From positions 17,619 through 81,618 of the forward strand of contig CAZPFS010000003.1 in the NCBI GenBank assembly GCA_964585925.1: DNA of 64,000 nt. Direction: 5' to 3'. The stretch is from an uncultured Syntrophomonadaceae bacterium. Lineage in GTDB: Bacteria; Bacillota; Dethiobacteria; DTU022. Made by a program: the position numbers and the translations under genes. The first letter of the stretch is position 1; every line of letters begins with the position of its first letter. Under the pieces are notes generated by a model that made no database searches, had not been told where the DNA came from, and saw only the letters and a list, made by a program, of their open reading frames with translations. Positions 49,891-59,743 of the stretch are shown piece by piece.

Positions 49891-51189
49891 CTATTTGGCC
49901 AGCTCCTTCAGCGCCTCCACAAAGATCTCCATCGGCGGCAGAACAACGCCCGCCCCGATCTGCCCCACACCGGGTTCCTTGTGGGCAATACCGGTATTAA
50001 TTCGGGGCAGAATCCCTTTCTCCACCACTTTTAGGACGTCGATACCGGTGGGGGTGCCTTTAAAATCAAGAGCCGGGATATTGAAATTCTTGTTCTCCGC
50101 AAACGTAATCTCATACATCTCATTGGTAGCTTCATAAGCCATGCTGGGTTTCCCGCCAATGAAATTGACAATCGCCGGCGCTGCGGCCATGGCAAACCCG
50201 CCGATACCCACGGTTTCCGTGATCACGGAATCCCCGATATCGGGATTGGCATCATTTGCGGTAAACCCGGAGAAATAAAGCCCCTTCGGGGTCTGGCAGG
50301 GCGCGGTAAACCACTTGTCACCGGTGCCGCTGACCCGGATTCCAAACTCGGTACCGTTGCGGGACATGGTGCTCACGATGGAACTGCCCTCAATACCATG
50401 GGCGGCTACGGCCATGGTCTTGCAGGAGGCCATGATCGCGTTGAGGGACGTCAGATCGTTGCTATGCATAAAGGCCAGCACTTCCGCCGCGGCGGTAGGT
50501 TTGATCTCTTTGAAAAAGGGGCAGGTATTGGTCAGGTCAAGACGCGGGGTATCATATTCGCGCCGCCGGCCAAACTCAGTCTCGGCGATATAGGGGGCCA
50601 CGGTGCGGATAAACAAAGAAGTGGTGGCCCGGTTGCGGTTGTGTCCATCATCCCCCATATGCAGGGCCTGGGCAATGATCGATTTTATATCAACCCCCCC
50701 GGAGAGCTTGACCGCTTCTTTCAGCACAGTGGCATAAACCTCATCCAGCCAGCGCAGACGCCTGAGTACCCCCTCATCGTAAGCGCCATAACGAAGAACT
50801 TTCCCGTATCCTTCATTCATGTTGGAAAAAGTGTACCCGCCATGCTCTTTATCTTCAATAATAAACACCATCTGAGAAGGGGTGGTTACTCCGGCCATGG
50901 GCCCCACCGCATTGTAATGGTGGCAGGGAGCATACTCGATATCCCCGGAAGCAGCCAGTTCCCGGGCTTCTTCCACATTACGGGCCTTTTTTTCATGGAT
51001 TAAACCCCCAATAATCGCACCTTTCAGTGGCCCGCTCATGTTTTCCCAGGATATGGGGGGGCCGGCGTGAAGAATCAGGTTGTCCTTCATGCCCGGAATG
51101 ACATCTCTGGCCCGTCCAATATCCACCCATACGGGGCGGGAACTCATCATCCTTTCTACAGCTTTGAGATTTGCCTGATCTACACTCAT
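49891..51189 (-). CDS. DUF1116-family protein (YlbE-like; putative oxamate carbamoyltransferase component)
   Basis: 432 aa. Its size and placement next to fdrA and carbamate kinase match the E. coli fdrA-ylbE-ylbF-ybcF neighbourhood. The family assignment is from memory. Confidence 0.5.
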   Translation of the reverse strand: MSVDQANLKAVERMMSSRPVWVDIGRARDVIPGMKDNLILHAGPPISWENMSGPLKGAIIGGLIHEKKARNVEEARELAASGDIEYAPCHHYNAVGPMAGVTTPSQMVFIIEDKEHGGYTFSNMNEGYGKVLRYGAYDEGVLRRLRWLDEVYATVLKEAVKLSGGVDIKSIIAQALHMGDDGHNRNRATTSLFIRTVAPYIAETEFGRRREYDTPRLDLTNTCPFFKEIKPTAAAEVLAFMHSNDLTSLNAIMASCKTMAVAAHGIEGSSIVSTMSRNGTEFGIRVSGTGDKWFTAPCQTPKGLYFSGFTANDANPDIGDSVITETVGIGGFAMAAAPAIVNFIGGKPSMAYEATNEMYEITFAENKNFNIPALDFKGTPTGIDVLKVVEKGILPRINTGIAHKEPGVGQIGAGVVLPPMEIFVEALKELAK

Positions 51190-51219
51190 TTGATGGAACC
51201 TCCAGTTTCAAATTTGAGT

Positions 51220-51247
51220 GGTGCTGCCGCCTTCAGGCGGCAGCACC
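51220..51247 (-). other. Perfect 12-bp GC-rich stem-loop (ggtgctgccgcc-ttca-ggcggcagcacc) in the 92-nt gap between the cyclase gene and the DUF1116 gene
   Basis: An intra-operon hairpin with no clean U-tract (actcaaattt follows), so it may be an attenuator, a processing site or a weak terminator. Confidence 0.5.
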
Positions 51248-51281
51248 GGGAGCCCGATAACTTACCGGATAACCATGCTGA

Positions 51282-52067
51282 CTACTCCAGAAAGGCCACC
51301 ACCCGGGCAAAAGCCGATTCGCCGCCCTTGAACTTGAAGGGGAAACAACCGATATTGAGCCTTTTGTTTTGCAATTCCGGGGCGCCGATATCGCCGCCCA
51401 GATTTTCCATATGCAGACAGTTGTGTCTAAACAGGGCATTGTGGGTCAACTGGTAATGATCTTCGGGGAAAAGCTTATCCACCGCTTCTTTGCCCCCAAA
51501 CCTTTTTTCCGCTGCTGCCCGTACCCGGTCACACTGTCCGAAAGTTCCCTTGCCCAAAAACCTGCCGATGGGCAGATTCATGGGGTGATCAGTGGATACG
51601 GCGTCTACTCCCCAGATCTTTATCTTTTTGTCCAGCAGCCATTGCACCATATCAGGATGAGCGCCGGGATGATAATGTATATATCTTTCTTCATCGGCTT
51701 CGGGCCCCAAGGCCGCGTATCTGTACCAACCGGTATGCAGCACCAGAAGATCGCCTTCTTTAACTTTCACTCTTTTTTCAATCATTTCGGGAGTATAGGC
51801 AGCCAGGTCATCCATCTCGTCCCTCAAGTCCACGATAACCCCCGTTCCGTACAGCCATTCCAGGGGGATCTCGTCAATGGTCATCCCGTCGGTAATGAAA
51901 TGGCGGGCTGAATCCAGGTGGGTTCCGATATGCAGCGAAGTCTTGATATATTGGGCATTGACTCCGTGTTCCACTTTTCTTTTGAAATACTTGACTTCAA
52001 AGGGAGGATAATAGGGCCAAAAGGTGGTATCCTGATTCAGGGGCTGTGAAAGATCATACAATTTCAT
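51282..52067 (-). CDS. Putative cyclase / kynurenine-formamidase-like metal hydrolase (PF04199 type)
   Basis: HIGTHLDSARH motif (HxGTHxDxPxH). 261 aa. Confidence 0.65.
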   Translation of the reverse strand: MKLYDLSQPLNQDTTFWPYYPPFEVKYFKRKVEHGVNAQYIKTSLHIGTHLDSARHFITDGMTIDEIPLEWLYGTGVIVDLRDEMDDLAAYTPEMIEKRVKVKEGDLLVLHTGWYRYAALGPEADEERYIHYHPGAHPDMVQWLLDKKIKIWGVDAVSTDHPMNLPIGRFLGKGTFGQCDRVRAAAEKRFGGKEAVDKLFPEDHYQLTHNALFRHNCLHMENLGGDIGAPELQNKRLNIGCFPFKFKGGESAFARVVAFLE

Positions 52068-52215
52068 AATTGATTACCTCCTGATTGTAATTGTGAAACC
52101 TTTATTTTCCACACCACAACTGTTTCCGGCAAAATATTTTTCAGGGACAAACCACCTCCCGGGTACATATTTGCAATGCCTTAAAATCGAATCCCAATCG
52201 CAAATATTAAAACTG

Positions 52216-52401
52216 TTATTTCAATTTATCCAGAAGCCTGAGCAGGTTTTCATCCCCCATTGCCGGCGGCTTCCATAGAACATGCACCACCGGCGCCCCT
52301 TTCAGCTTCAGGCTTTCGGCAAACCCCTCCAGGCCGAGGTTGATGACCTTGGGCCCGGCGGTAAAAAGCTGTTGAATATTGGTTGGCGATTGGCCAGTCA
52401 T
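52216..52401 (-). CDS. Small hypothetical protein (61 aa) between fdrA and the cyclase gene
   Basis: RBS GGGGGG 6 nt upstream of the ATG. Its start abuts the fdrA stop. Confidence 0.4.
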   Translation of the reverse strand: MTGQSPTNIQQLFTAGPKVINLGLEGFAESLKLKGAPVVHVLWKPPAMGDENLLRLLDKLK

Positions 52402-52415
52402 GGTTATCCCCCCTG

Positions 52416-54038
52416 TTAGAATTCAAGTACCGCCCCTGCAAACAGCGCTGCCTCGGCATTGCTGGGCAATACGTGCACCTTGTTTTGAATGAGTTTTTTC
52501 ACCTGTTCCCGGCGGTTCTGGGGATCGTCGTCCGTGCCGCATACGGAGGCCACAAACACCGGAGCGCTTCCCCCGGTTTCCCGGCGGGCCCGGTCGATGG
52601 CCTCCAGGGCTGACCCGGCCGGATCGGGGTGGGCATTATATCCCAACACCAGATCCAACATTATTACTGCCGTCCGGGGATCCTTTGCCTCGGCCACAAT
52701 CCGTTGGTTGCGGACGGTGGGATCTATCATCGGATGAAGCCGCCCCTGAGTAAACTCGTCATCCCCAAAATCAATAATGGTATGTCCCCGGCTGTGGTAG
52801 GCGTCTTCCAGGGCCAGCTCGGGATCCAGGGACACATTGGAATAGATAGCCCCCAATTTTTTTTGCAGTAAAACCATTGTTTCGTAGGCCAGCGTGCCCC
52901 CCGAAAACAATCCCCGGAAAAATTTCCGATCCCCGGTGAGCAGGCTTCTTTCTTTCTCCGCAGCCTGCTTTACCCGGCAGTTCATCTCTTCCGGGCGGTA
53001 GTTCTGCTTTCTCAAGGCTGCCACGGCCCTGGCAGCCGCTTCTTTCAGAGTCTGCGCGGGTTCGCAGCCAGATGAAAGCACCTGCTCCGGGCTGGCGCCG
53101 ATAAAATTCACGATCACCGGTTTCGGGCTGCCGGCAGCCGCCTGAAGCACCTTGGAGGCAACCTGCGGCTCCGGAGGCTTGGAAACAATCACAATTATCC
53201 TGGTGGAGGGGTCCGAAATTAAGGCCTCGAGGCCCATGATCATGGTAATCCCGCCCACCTCGCCTTTCAGATCCCGTCCCCCGGTACCGATCCCATGGGT
53301 AATGCCTTCCCCCAGGTTATGGATCAAGGTGGAAACCTCCTGCAAGCCGGTGCCGGCTGCCGCCACAATTCCTATCCCTCCGGCCCGGACCTCATTGGCA
53401 AAAGCCAGCGGAGTGCCGTTAATAATGGCGGTACCGCAATCGGGTCCCATTACCAGCAATCCTTTCTGCCGTGCTTTCTGTTTGAGGGCTTTTTCATCGG
53501 TCAGCGGAACGTTGTCGCTGAAAATCATCACGTGCAGCCCGGCCTCCAGGATACGCTCCGCCTCCCGACGGACATGTCGGCCGGGAATGGAGAGAAGAGC
53601 CAAATTGGCCTCGGGGAAATGCTTCAGGGCGGTGTCAAAAGTCCTGGGAACAAATTCACCGGCCGCCTGATCATGTTCCACCGGCCTGTTCAGTTCCTCC
53701 AGAGCCTGGTTGACAGCTGCCTCTGCCTGACACGGGGTGGCCGCGTTGACCGCGATGATCAGGTCATTGGCTTCCGCTTCCCGTTCAATTTGTTCGGTGA
53801 GAAGGCCGCTGGTCTGTAGAAATTTCTTGTTATGATCGGTTCCTACAATTATCTCGGCTCCCAGTACTCCCTCCTGCTCCCGGATCAAACTCGAAAGGCG
53901 CATCAGGTAAACCGAATCTCGGAAACAGTTTTTATAAATGTGTGTTTTTATAGACATTGAATCCTTCCCCCTTGATTTGAGGTGGTCTTCACCCTTTAGG
54001 CTACCGGGGCCTAGGCGTTTTTGAGGCTGGTTTTCCAT
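52416..54038 (-). CDS. fdrA: FdrA-family protein (succinyl-CoA-synthetase-like CoA-binding plus ligase-CoA domains)
   Basis: 540 aa with an FdrA-like domain order. It is adjacent to carbamate kinase and DUF1116, as in E. coli. Confidence 0.65.
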   Translation of the reverse strand: MENQPQKRLGPGSLKGEDHLKSRGKDSMSIKTHIYKNCFRDSVYLMRLSSLIREQEGVLGAEIIVGTDHNKKFLQTSGLLTEQIEREAEANDLIIAVNAATPCQAEAAVNQALEELNRPVEHDQAAGEFVPRTFDTALKHFPEANLALLSIPGRHVRREAERILEAGLHVMIFSDNVPLTDEKALKQKARQKGLLVMGPDCGTAIINGTPLAFANEVRAGGIGIVAAAGTGLQEVSTLIHNLGEGITHGIGTGGRDLKGEVGGITMIMGLEALISDPSTRIIVIVSKPPEPQVASKVLQAAAGSPKPVIVNFIGASPEQVLSSGCEPAQTLKEAAARAVAALRKQNYRPEEMNCRVKQAAEKERSLLTGDRKFFRGLFSGGTLAYETMVLLQKKLGAIYSNVSLDPELALEDAYHSRGHTIIDFGDDEFTQGRLHPMIDPTVRNQRIVAEAKDPRTAVIMLDLVLGYNAHPDPAGSALEAIDRARRETGGSAPVFVASVCGTDDDPQNRREQVKKLIQNKVHVLPSNAEAALFAGAVLEF

Positions 54039-54135
54039 GTAGTACAGTGCTCATTACCCGGGTTTTTGCGGGAAACAGACTGCGGTTCAATGGTATGCCC
54101 TCAATACTTCAAATATTCTCAGCCAGATCACTTGC

Positions 54136-55074
54136 TCAAGGCTCGATCTGGGTTCCGGCCTTACCTTCTACGGCAGAAACTGCCTGTTCCAGTGAGGTAA
54201 TAACTGCCCTTTTCCCGGATTTACATGCAAACCGGACCGCCGCTTCCGCCTTGGGGCCCATGCTGCCATCGGCAAAGTGTCCCTGCCGAATATATTCTCT
54301 CATCTGGGCCGCGCTCACCGTCCCCAGCTCCTGCTGATCCGGCTTCCGGTAATTGAGAAAAACCTTTGGCACATCAGTCAACATTAAAAACAGCTCTGCG
54401 CCCACGATTTCCGCCAGCTGCTCACCGGCCAGATCTTTGTCGATTACCGCTTCCACACCCTGCACAGTACCTCCCGGCTCCCTGATGACCGGTATGCCCC
54501 CTCCTCCGGAGGCTATCACCAGGCAGGAACTCTCCACCAGCGTTTTGATGGTATTCCCTTCAAATATCTCCAGGGGGAAAGGGGAGGGAACAACCTTTCT
54601 CCAGCCCCGCCCCGAATCTTCCACCCATACCTCGTTTTTCTCCACAGAATTTTTGAGAGCCTCCTCCCTGGAGTAGAACGAACCTATGGGTTTCGTAGGG
54701 TTGGCAAAAGAAGGATCATTTTTGTCCACTACCACCTGGGTGATAAGGGTAACCACCGCTTTGTTTATCCGGTGGCGAATCAGCTCATTTGTTAACTGCT
54801 GCTGCAACATATACCCGATCTGCCCCTGACTCATTGCCCCACAGATGTCAAGGGGCATGGGAGGGGTTTTTTGTCGCGACAGCTCGTTTTGAAAGTGAAT
54901 CTTGCCTACCTGCGGTCCATTGCCGTGAGTAATTACCAGATCATGTTCTCCAATCAGCTTGACCAGTTGCCGGCAGGCGACGGCAATATTTTCGTACTGT
55001 TCTTCGGCAGTCCCCAATTGTCCCGAAGTCAGCAGCGCGTTTCCTCCAAGGGCTACTACGATTCTCATTATCAC
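54136..55074 (-). CDS. Carbamate kinase (ArcC / YqeA-like)
   Basis: MRIVVALGGNALL N-terminus and the amino-acid kinase fold. 312 aa. Confidence 0.85.
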   Translation of the reverse strand: MIMRIVVALGGNALLTSGQLGTAEEQYENIAVACRQLVKLIGEHDLVITHGNGPQVGKIHFQNELSRQKTPPMPLDICGAMSQGQIGYMLQQQLTNELIRHRINKAVVTLITQVVVDKNDPSFANPTKPIGSFYSREEALKNSVEKNEVWVEDSGRGWRKVVPSPFPLEIFEGNTIKTLVESSCLVIASGGGGIPVIREPGGTVQGVEAVIDKDLAGEQLAEIVGAELFLMLTDVPKVFLNYRKPDQQELGTVSAAQMREYIRQGHFADGSMGPKAEAAVRFACKSGKRAVITSLEQAVSAVEGKAGTQIEP

Positions 55075-55320
55075 TTAAACCTCCCAGATCAATTGTGCAG
55101 CTGCAAACCCGCTCCCGCTGCCAATTCCAATCATAACACCCGGGGCTGGAGGTCTGGAATTAATTTTCTATTGTTAATATTATATGCAAGCAGAGGCTCT
55201 TCCTTTAGTTTATATAACCAAATCGCAGGTAATTGTTTGTGTAAACAATACAAATAATATATTGACAAATGGTTTTTTCCCTGCTACTGTTTAGTTGCCC
55301 AATCATATCCGGAGGTGCCT

Positions 55321-57028
55321 GATGAAAAAACAGTACGGTATTACCGTGGAGGAAGCGCTCACTCTGGAAGTTGTAAACCGCCTCAATGTGGTCGGAGGAG
55401 GCCAGGGGCTGGAGCGTGTAATCAAACTGGTAAATGTTATCGAAGCACCCGATATTATGGACTGGGTTTTGGAAGGAGAATTTTTACTTACTACCGGTTA
55501 CTCATTCCGAGAATTCCCGGAGTTGATGACCATGCTGGTGGCCAAAATGGCCCAAGCCAACAGTGCCGGGCTGGCCATCAAGCCCAAGCGGTTTATCAAA
55601 GAAATTCCACCCGATTTGATTGCCAGCGCCGACCGGAACGGTATTCCCCTGCTGGAAGTACCCTACGATCTTTCTTTTTCAGAGATTATCGCCCCCATTT
55701 TGGGGGTCATTGCCAGCAAACAAAACCAGGTCCTGCAAAAGTTGGAACAGGGTAACCGTAAACTGACGGAGATGATGCTTCACGGCAGCACCCTTGGGGA
55801 TCTGTGTTACGAAACTTCCCTGCTCATCCATAACCCGGTAGCCATCATGGATATGGACGGGAAACTATACACCAGCCCGCTGTGTCCGAACAAAGAACAG
55901 TTTGAACTGTTTTTTTCCAAGGACAGCATTGAAGTAAAGAATGACAAGCTGCGTTTCGGCAATATCAAAGAGATCAAGTATTCCATGGAGTCCACTCCCG
56001 GGAAAGACATACCGGGTACCCTGCAGGCGGTTCGGATCCCCATTGTCGCCGACAAATCAGATTATGGGGATATTTACTGCATAATCAACAACCCGATCAG
56101 CGAACCGGATATATTGTTATTGGAAAGGGCCGCCACTATAGCCGCCCTTGAATTTACCAAACGCAAGGCTGTTTTTGAAATAGAAAAAAACTATCATAAT
56201 GAATTTTTGGAAATTTTGCTGTCATACGACTCTGAAAATGAGGATGAAATTATCAGGCGTGCCGGCAGGTTCAATCTCAATCTTCAAAAACCGACCGCGG
56301 TTATAATCATCAATGATCAGTGGGAAAGCAAGGAGCGGGATTTGATCCCGGTTTCCTTGAAAGGCATGAACGAACAGACCGCCAAGGAGCAGCTGTTGAC
56401 CATGATCCACAGCTTCAAGGGACTGCCCGACTGCAACCATTTGTTTGTGGGGATAAAAGGTGCGTATATTATTGTGGTGGTCCAACTGTGCGAGGAAACC
56501 CCTTCCGACAATTTGAAACATGTTGTTTCCAGCCTGTTGAATTTTCTGACCGTGAAAGCCGGTTTAAAAAACAACCATTATATCAAATTCGGAGTTGGCC
56601 GGCCGGGAGAGGGAATCGCCAATATCAAGCGGAGTTACCGGGAAGCCTGGGAGGCCCTCAGAATCGGACTCTTTTCCAACAAATCTTCGGTGATGTATTT
56701 TGACGATCTGGGTTTTTTTAAAATTTTGAGCGAAAAGAGCAGGCATGAGCTGGCAAAATTTGTAGATGAACTGCTTTATCCGGTGCTGGAATATGACCGG
56801 CAAAAAAACGGTGAACTGCTAAAAACACTGCAAACTTATTTTGAAACGAACCGTAATTTCAAGCTTACCTCCCAAAAGATATTTACTCATTACAATACCA
56901 TTTTGTACCGGATAAGAAAGGTTGAAGAGTTGACCGGGATCAGCCTGAATAATCCCGAAGATTCCCTGAATGCAGAAATTGCGGTAAATATTCATAAACT
57001 GCTGCGCTCCGGCAAAAGCGGGCCCTAA
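55321..57028 (+). CDS. PucR/CdaR-family purine catabolism transcriptional regulator. The start is likely ATG at 55321 (MKKQYGITVEE..).
   Basis: N-terminal PucR domain and the C-terminal PucR-type HTH (..TSQKIFTHYNTILYRIRKVEELTGISL). RBS GGAGGTG before 55321. Confidence 0.8.
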
Positions 57029-57056
57029 GCAATTGGCAAAGCCTTTCACCATTTGT

Positions 57057-57095
57057 CCCCAATTTTAAGGGGTTGCCTCATTTCGAGACAACCCC
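57057..57095. terminator. Bidirectional terminator between the convergent pucR-like and permease genes
   Basis: Two overlapping hairpins, ccccaattttaagggg and ggggttgcctcatttcgagacaacccc, in a 105-nt convergent gap. Confidence 0.55.
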
Positions 57096-57133
57096 TGATT
57101 CCTGCTGATTACCCAAACACCTTGACCCAGGTA

Positions 57134-58552
57134 TTAACCGCTCACCGCTTCGGATTTTGCGGCTTCTTCATCGTGAATATAAGCGGTGATCCCGCGTTCG
57201 GCATCGGTGCCCGGAATAATATTATCCAGGATCAAGCCCAGAACTGCCGCTACCGCCATGCTGGTAGAGCAGATAGTGGTGATGATATCCGCCAACCAGG
57301 GCGCCCCTTCAATGACGATATTGGCGTCCGCAATATAGACCGGGACGCTCAAACCCATAAACAGGGAGAACCCGACGATCATTAGGTTGCGCATGGAGCT
57401 CATGTCTGCTTTGGCGGTATTGCTGAGGCCTACCGATGAAATAAGGCCAAACAGCGTGCAGTACAGAGCGCCGACAATGGGCTGGGGAATGGTGGCCACC
57501 AGGCCTCCAAATTTTCCTAAAATGCCCAGAACTACAAACACCACGGCGGCCACGTTAACCACATAGCGGCTGGCCACCTTGGTCAGACCTACCAGCCCGA
57601 TATTTTCGGTATAACTGGTGCTGGCAAAACCACCAAAGATACCGGAGAACAAGCAGCCCACACCCTCAAACCCGATTCCCCGGTTGATCTGTTTTGGAGT
57701 GGGCCTGCCTACTCCCGCCGCGGCGGCAATGGCGTGATAATCGCCGTAGGATTCAATAATCGAACCCAGATAACCGGCTAGAATTATCAGGAAGAAACTA
57801 AAACTAAATTTTGGCAATCCCCAAGGGAAGATAATTTTCCAGCGGACCCAGTCCGCCACCTTTACGGCCGTAAAATCTACAAAGCCGGGGTTTGCCGGAT
57901 CGAAGACACCGGTAACGGAGCAGATCACCGCCACCAGATAACCGATTACCACCGCCAGCAACACCGGGAACAGAGCAAAGAAAGGTTTTTTGGGGCCGAT
58001 AATCAGCGAGAACAAGAAGCACAAAATCATTACCAGTATGGAGATGGGCCAGTTCCCACCGGCCCAGGGCGCACCCACACTGTACAGAGCCAACCCGATC
58101 AAGCAAATAACCGGGCCGATAACCACCGGAGTTACTATTCTTTGAAGCTTACCAATGATTCCTGTAAAACCAACTAAAATTTCTACCAGCGCGCCCAGAA
58201 TAATAGCTCCGTTTATGTACGTCATGGTTATCGGTCCGCCTCCGGCAGCAGCGGTAGCAGCTATAATGCCGAAGAAAGGCCCTAAAAATGCAAACGATAC
58301 CCCTTGGACGATGGGGAGCCTGGTGCCGAAGTTAACCTGAAAGAACGTGGCCACCCCGGAAGCAAGCATTGCACAGGCCACCATCACCGAGGTCTGGTAG
58401 GGATCCATCCCTATTGTGGCTGCCAAGAGCAAGGGCACGGCAACCGTGGCCCCAAACATGGTCAGCATGTGCTGAAACGCCAGACCCAGTGATTTGATAA
58501 ATGGTTTAGGAATATCATCCAGTGTGTATATCATTTTTTCTGCATCCAACAC
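57134..58552 (-). CDS. Nucleobase:cation symporter-2 (NCS2) family xanthine/uric-acid-type permease
   Basis: 472 aa with ~13 TM helices and the NCS2 signature LGLAFQHMLTMFGATVAVP. Confidence 0.85.
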   Translation of the reverse strand: MLDAEKMIYTLDDIPKPFIKSLGLAFQHMLTMFGATVAVPLLLAATIGMDPYQTSVMVACAMLASGVATFFQVNFGTRLPIVQGVSFAFLGPFFGIIAATAAAGGGPITMTYINGAIILGALVEILVGFTGIIGKLQRIVTPVVIGPVICLIGLALYSVGAPWAGGNWPISILVMILCFLFSLIIGPKKPFFALFPVLLAVVIGYLVAVICSVTGVFDPANPGFVDFTAVKVADWVRWKIIFPWGLPKFSFSFFLIILAGYLGSIIESYGDYHAIAAAAGVGRPTPKQINRGIGFEGVGCLFSGIFGGFASTSYTENIGLVGLTKVASRYVVNVAAVVFVVLGILGKFGGLVATIPQPIVGALYCTLFGLISSVGLSNTAKADMSSMRNLMIVGFSLFMGLSVPVYIADANIVIEGAPWLADIITTICSTSMAVAAVLGLILDNIIPGTDAERGITAYIHDEEAAKSEAVSG

Positions 58553-58805
58553 GATATTATCACCCTCCTTACCTAATTATTTTTTCATAATTTTTTTTAC
58601 GCTGTCTTGAACAGTATTCAAATAAAGCCTTTGGTCCTCACCCCTTCCCTGCATGATTTTTGCGACGGGTACACCTATTTAAACAAGTTGCGGAAGTTGG
58701 TATAGCCTAAATATTTAGACAGCGGTCTGAGGCATTATTTCCACAAGCCGCCGGATCAATCCTCTAGCAACGTTTAATAAAACAGATGTTATTCTTTTGT
58801 TTACT

Positions 58806-59714
58806 TTAGCTGAATGTTTTGACAGGTGGCAAAAAATTGTTCAATGTGTACCAGATGGCCGAAGCCAGATCATAACCGGTGCCGGAACCGATATCCAATA
58901 CGCTGTTTATGCTCTTCTGAGCAAGGGTGCCGCCAAACATTCCCGACAGCAGGTTTCTCACCGGTTCCATGGACAAGCCGCGCCGGGCCATCTCCAGCAT
59001 ATGGGCCCCCATGCGCGTGGTGCAGGAGCCCGAGCCGGGTGGGTAGGGAGGGGGCGACCAACGAATATGGGTGGAATGAAAATAATAGCGGCAGGCCAGC
59101 AGGCATCCGTGAATCAAATCATCCCCGGAAGGGGAGGCTCCCTTGCCCAGGCCGCACAAATTACGAAAATATAGGGCAAATTTTTCTTTGTTTACGGTAA
59201 ATGCAGCCTGAACCAGGGGAGGAAAGCTTTCCACCAGCTTGGCTCGAAAATAACTATCGCCGCCCCTAAATCCCAGCAGGACACTACTGTCCGGCGCCTC
59301 TTTGACCAGGGATAGCCGGTGGCGGAGAACGCCAAGTGAGCGGGCGATTGTTTCCCGATTGGCAACCGGAAGAGGGGGGGGATCAAACCGGCAGGCCGGG
59401 CTATCAGCCCAATTAATAACCAGCAGCCTGTTCATTCCCTCCAAGATGATCTTGCCGGACTGAAACCGGCCTGTGGATTGGGGATCGATCTGGCGCCGAA
59501 AGATGTTGAAATCCTCTTTTTGGAGACAGATCGCCGCCGGCCCTTTGTACAGGGCCGGATCGGCAATAGTCAGCAGGTGAGGCCAACCGCGGACATCAAT
59601 ATTCACTGCCCGCCGATGAAGAGACAGCACCTGCAACGGACCCTCTGTACGGCAATCCGCCAGATCGGCGGCATGCCATTCGGCGGCCATATACTTTGTT
59701 TCAATTCTATTCAT
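58806..59714 (-). CDS. Hypothetical protein (302 aa); a possible DUF2877/YlbF-like partner of the adjacent carbamoyltransferase
   Basis: GLGKGASPSGDDLIHG motif. Its position is immediately downstream of the carbamoyltransferase. The family assignment is unverified. Confidence 0.35.
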   Translation of the reverse strand: MNRIETKYMAAEWHAADLADCRTEGPLQVLSLHRRAVNIDVRGWPHLLTIADPALYKGPAAICLQKEDFNIFRRQIDPQSTGRFQSGKIILEGMNRLLVINWADSPACRFDPPPLPVANRETIARSLGVLRHRLSLVKEAPDSSVLLGFRGGDSYFRAKLVESFPPLVQAAFTVNKEKFALYFRNLCGLGKGASPSGDDLIHGCLLACRYYFHSTHIRWSPPPYPPGSGSCTTRMGAHMLEMARRGLSMEPVRNLLSGMFGGTLAQKSINSVLDIGSGTGYDLASAIWYTLNNFLPPVKTFS

Positions 59715-59743
59715 ATCTTGTTCACATTTTCGAATTTTTAGGG

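Noticed and set aside
41209-51189. Selenocysteine (in-frame TGA) recoding or SECIS elements in the SDMH/xdh genes
   Set aside because: All the ORFs read through without internal TGA. SDMH enzymes use a labile, non-Sec selenium cofactor, so none is expected.
58553-58805. A purine/guanine riboswitch upstream of the NCS2 permease
   Set aside because: The leader lacks the conserved J1-2/J2-3 elements (UAUAxxGGAUAUGGC...CCGUAAAU...GACUAUG) when read on the gene strand. It is an ordinary AT-rich leader.
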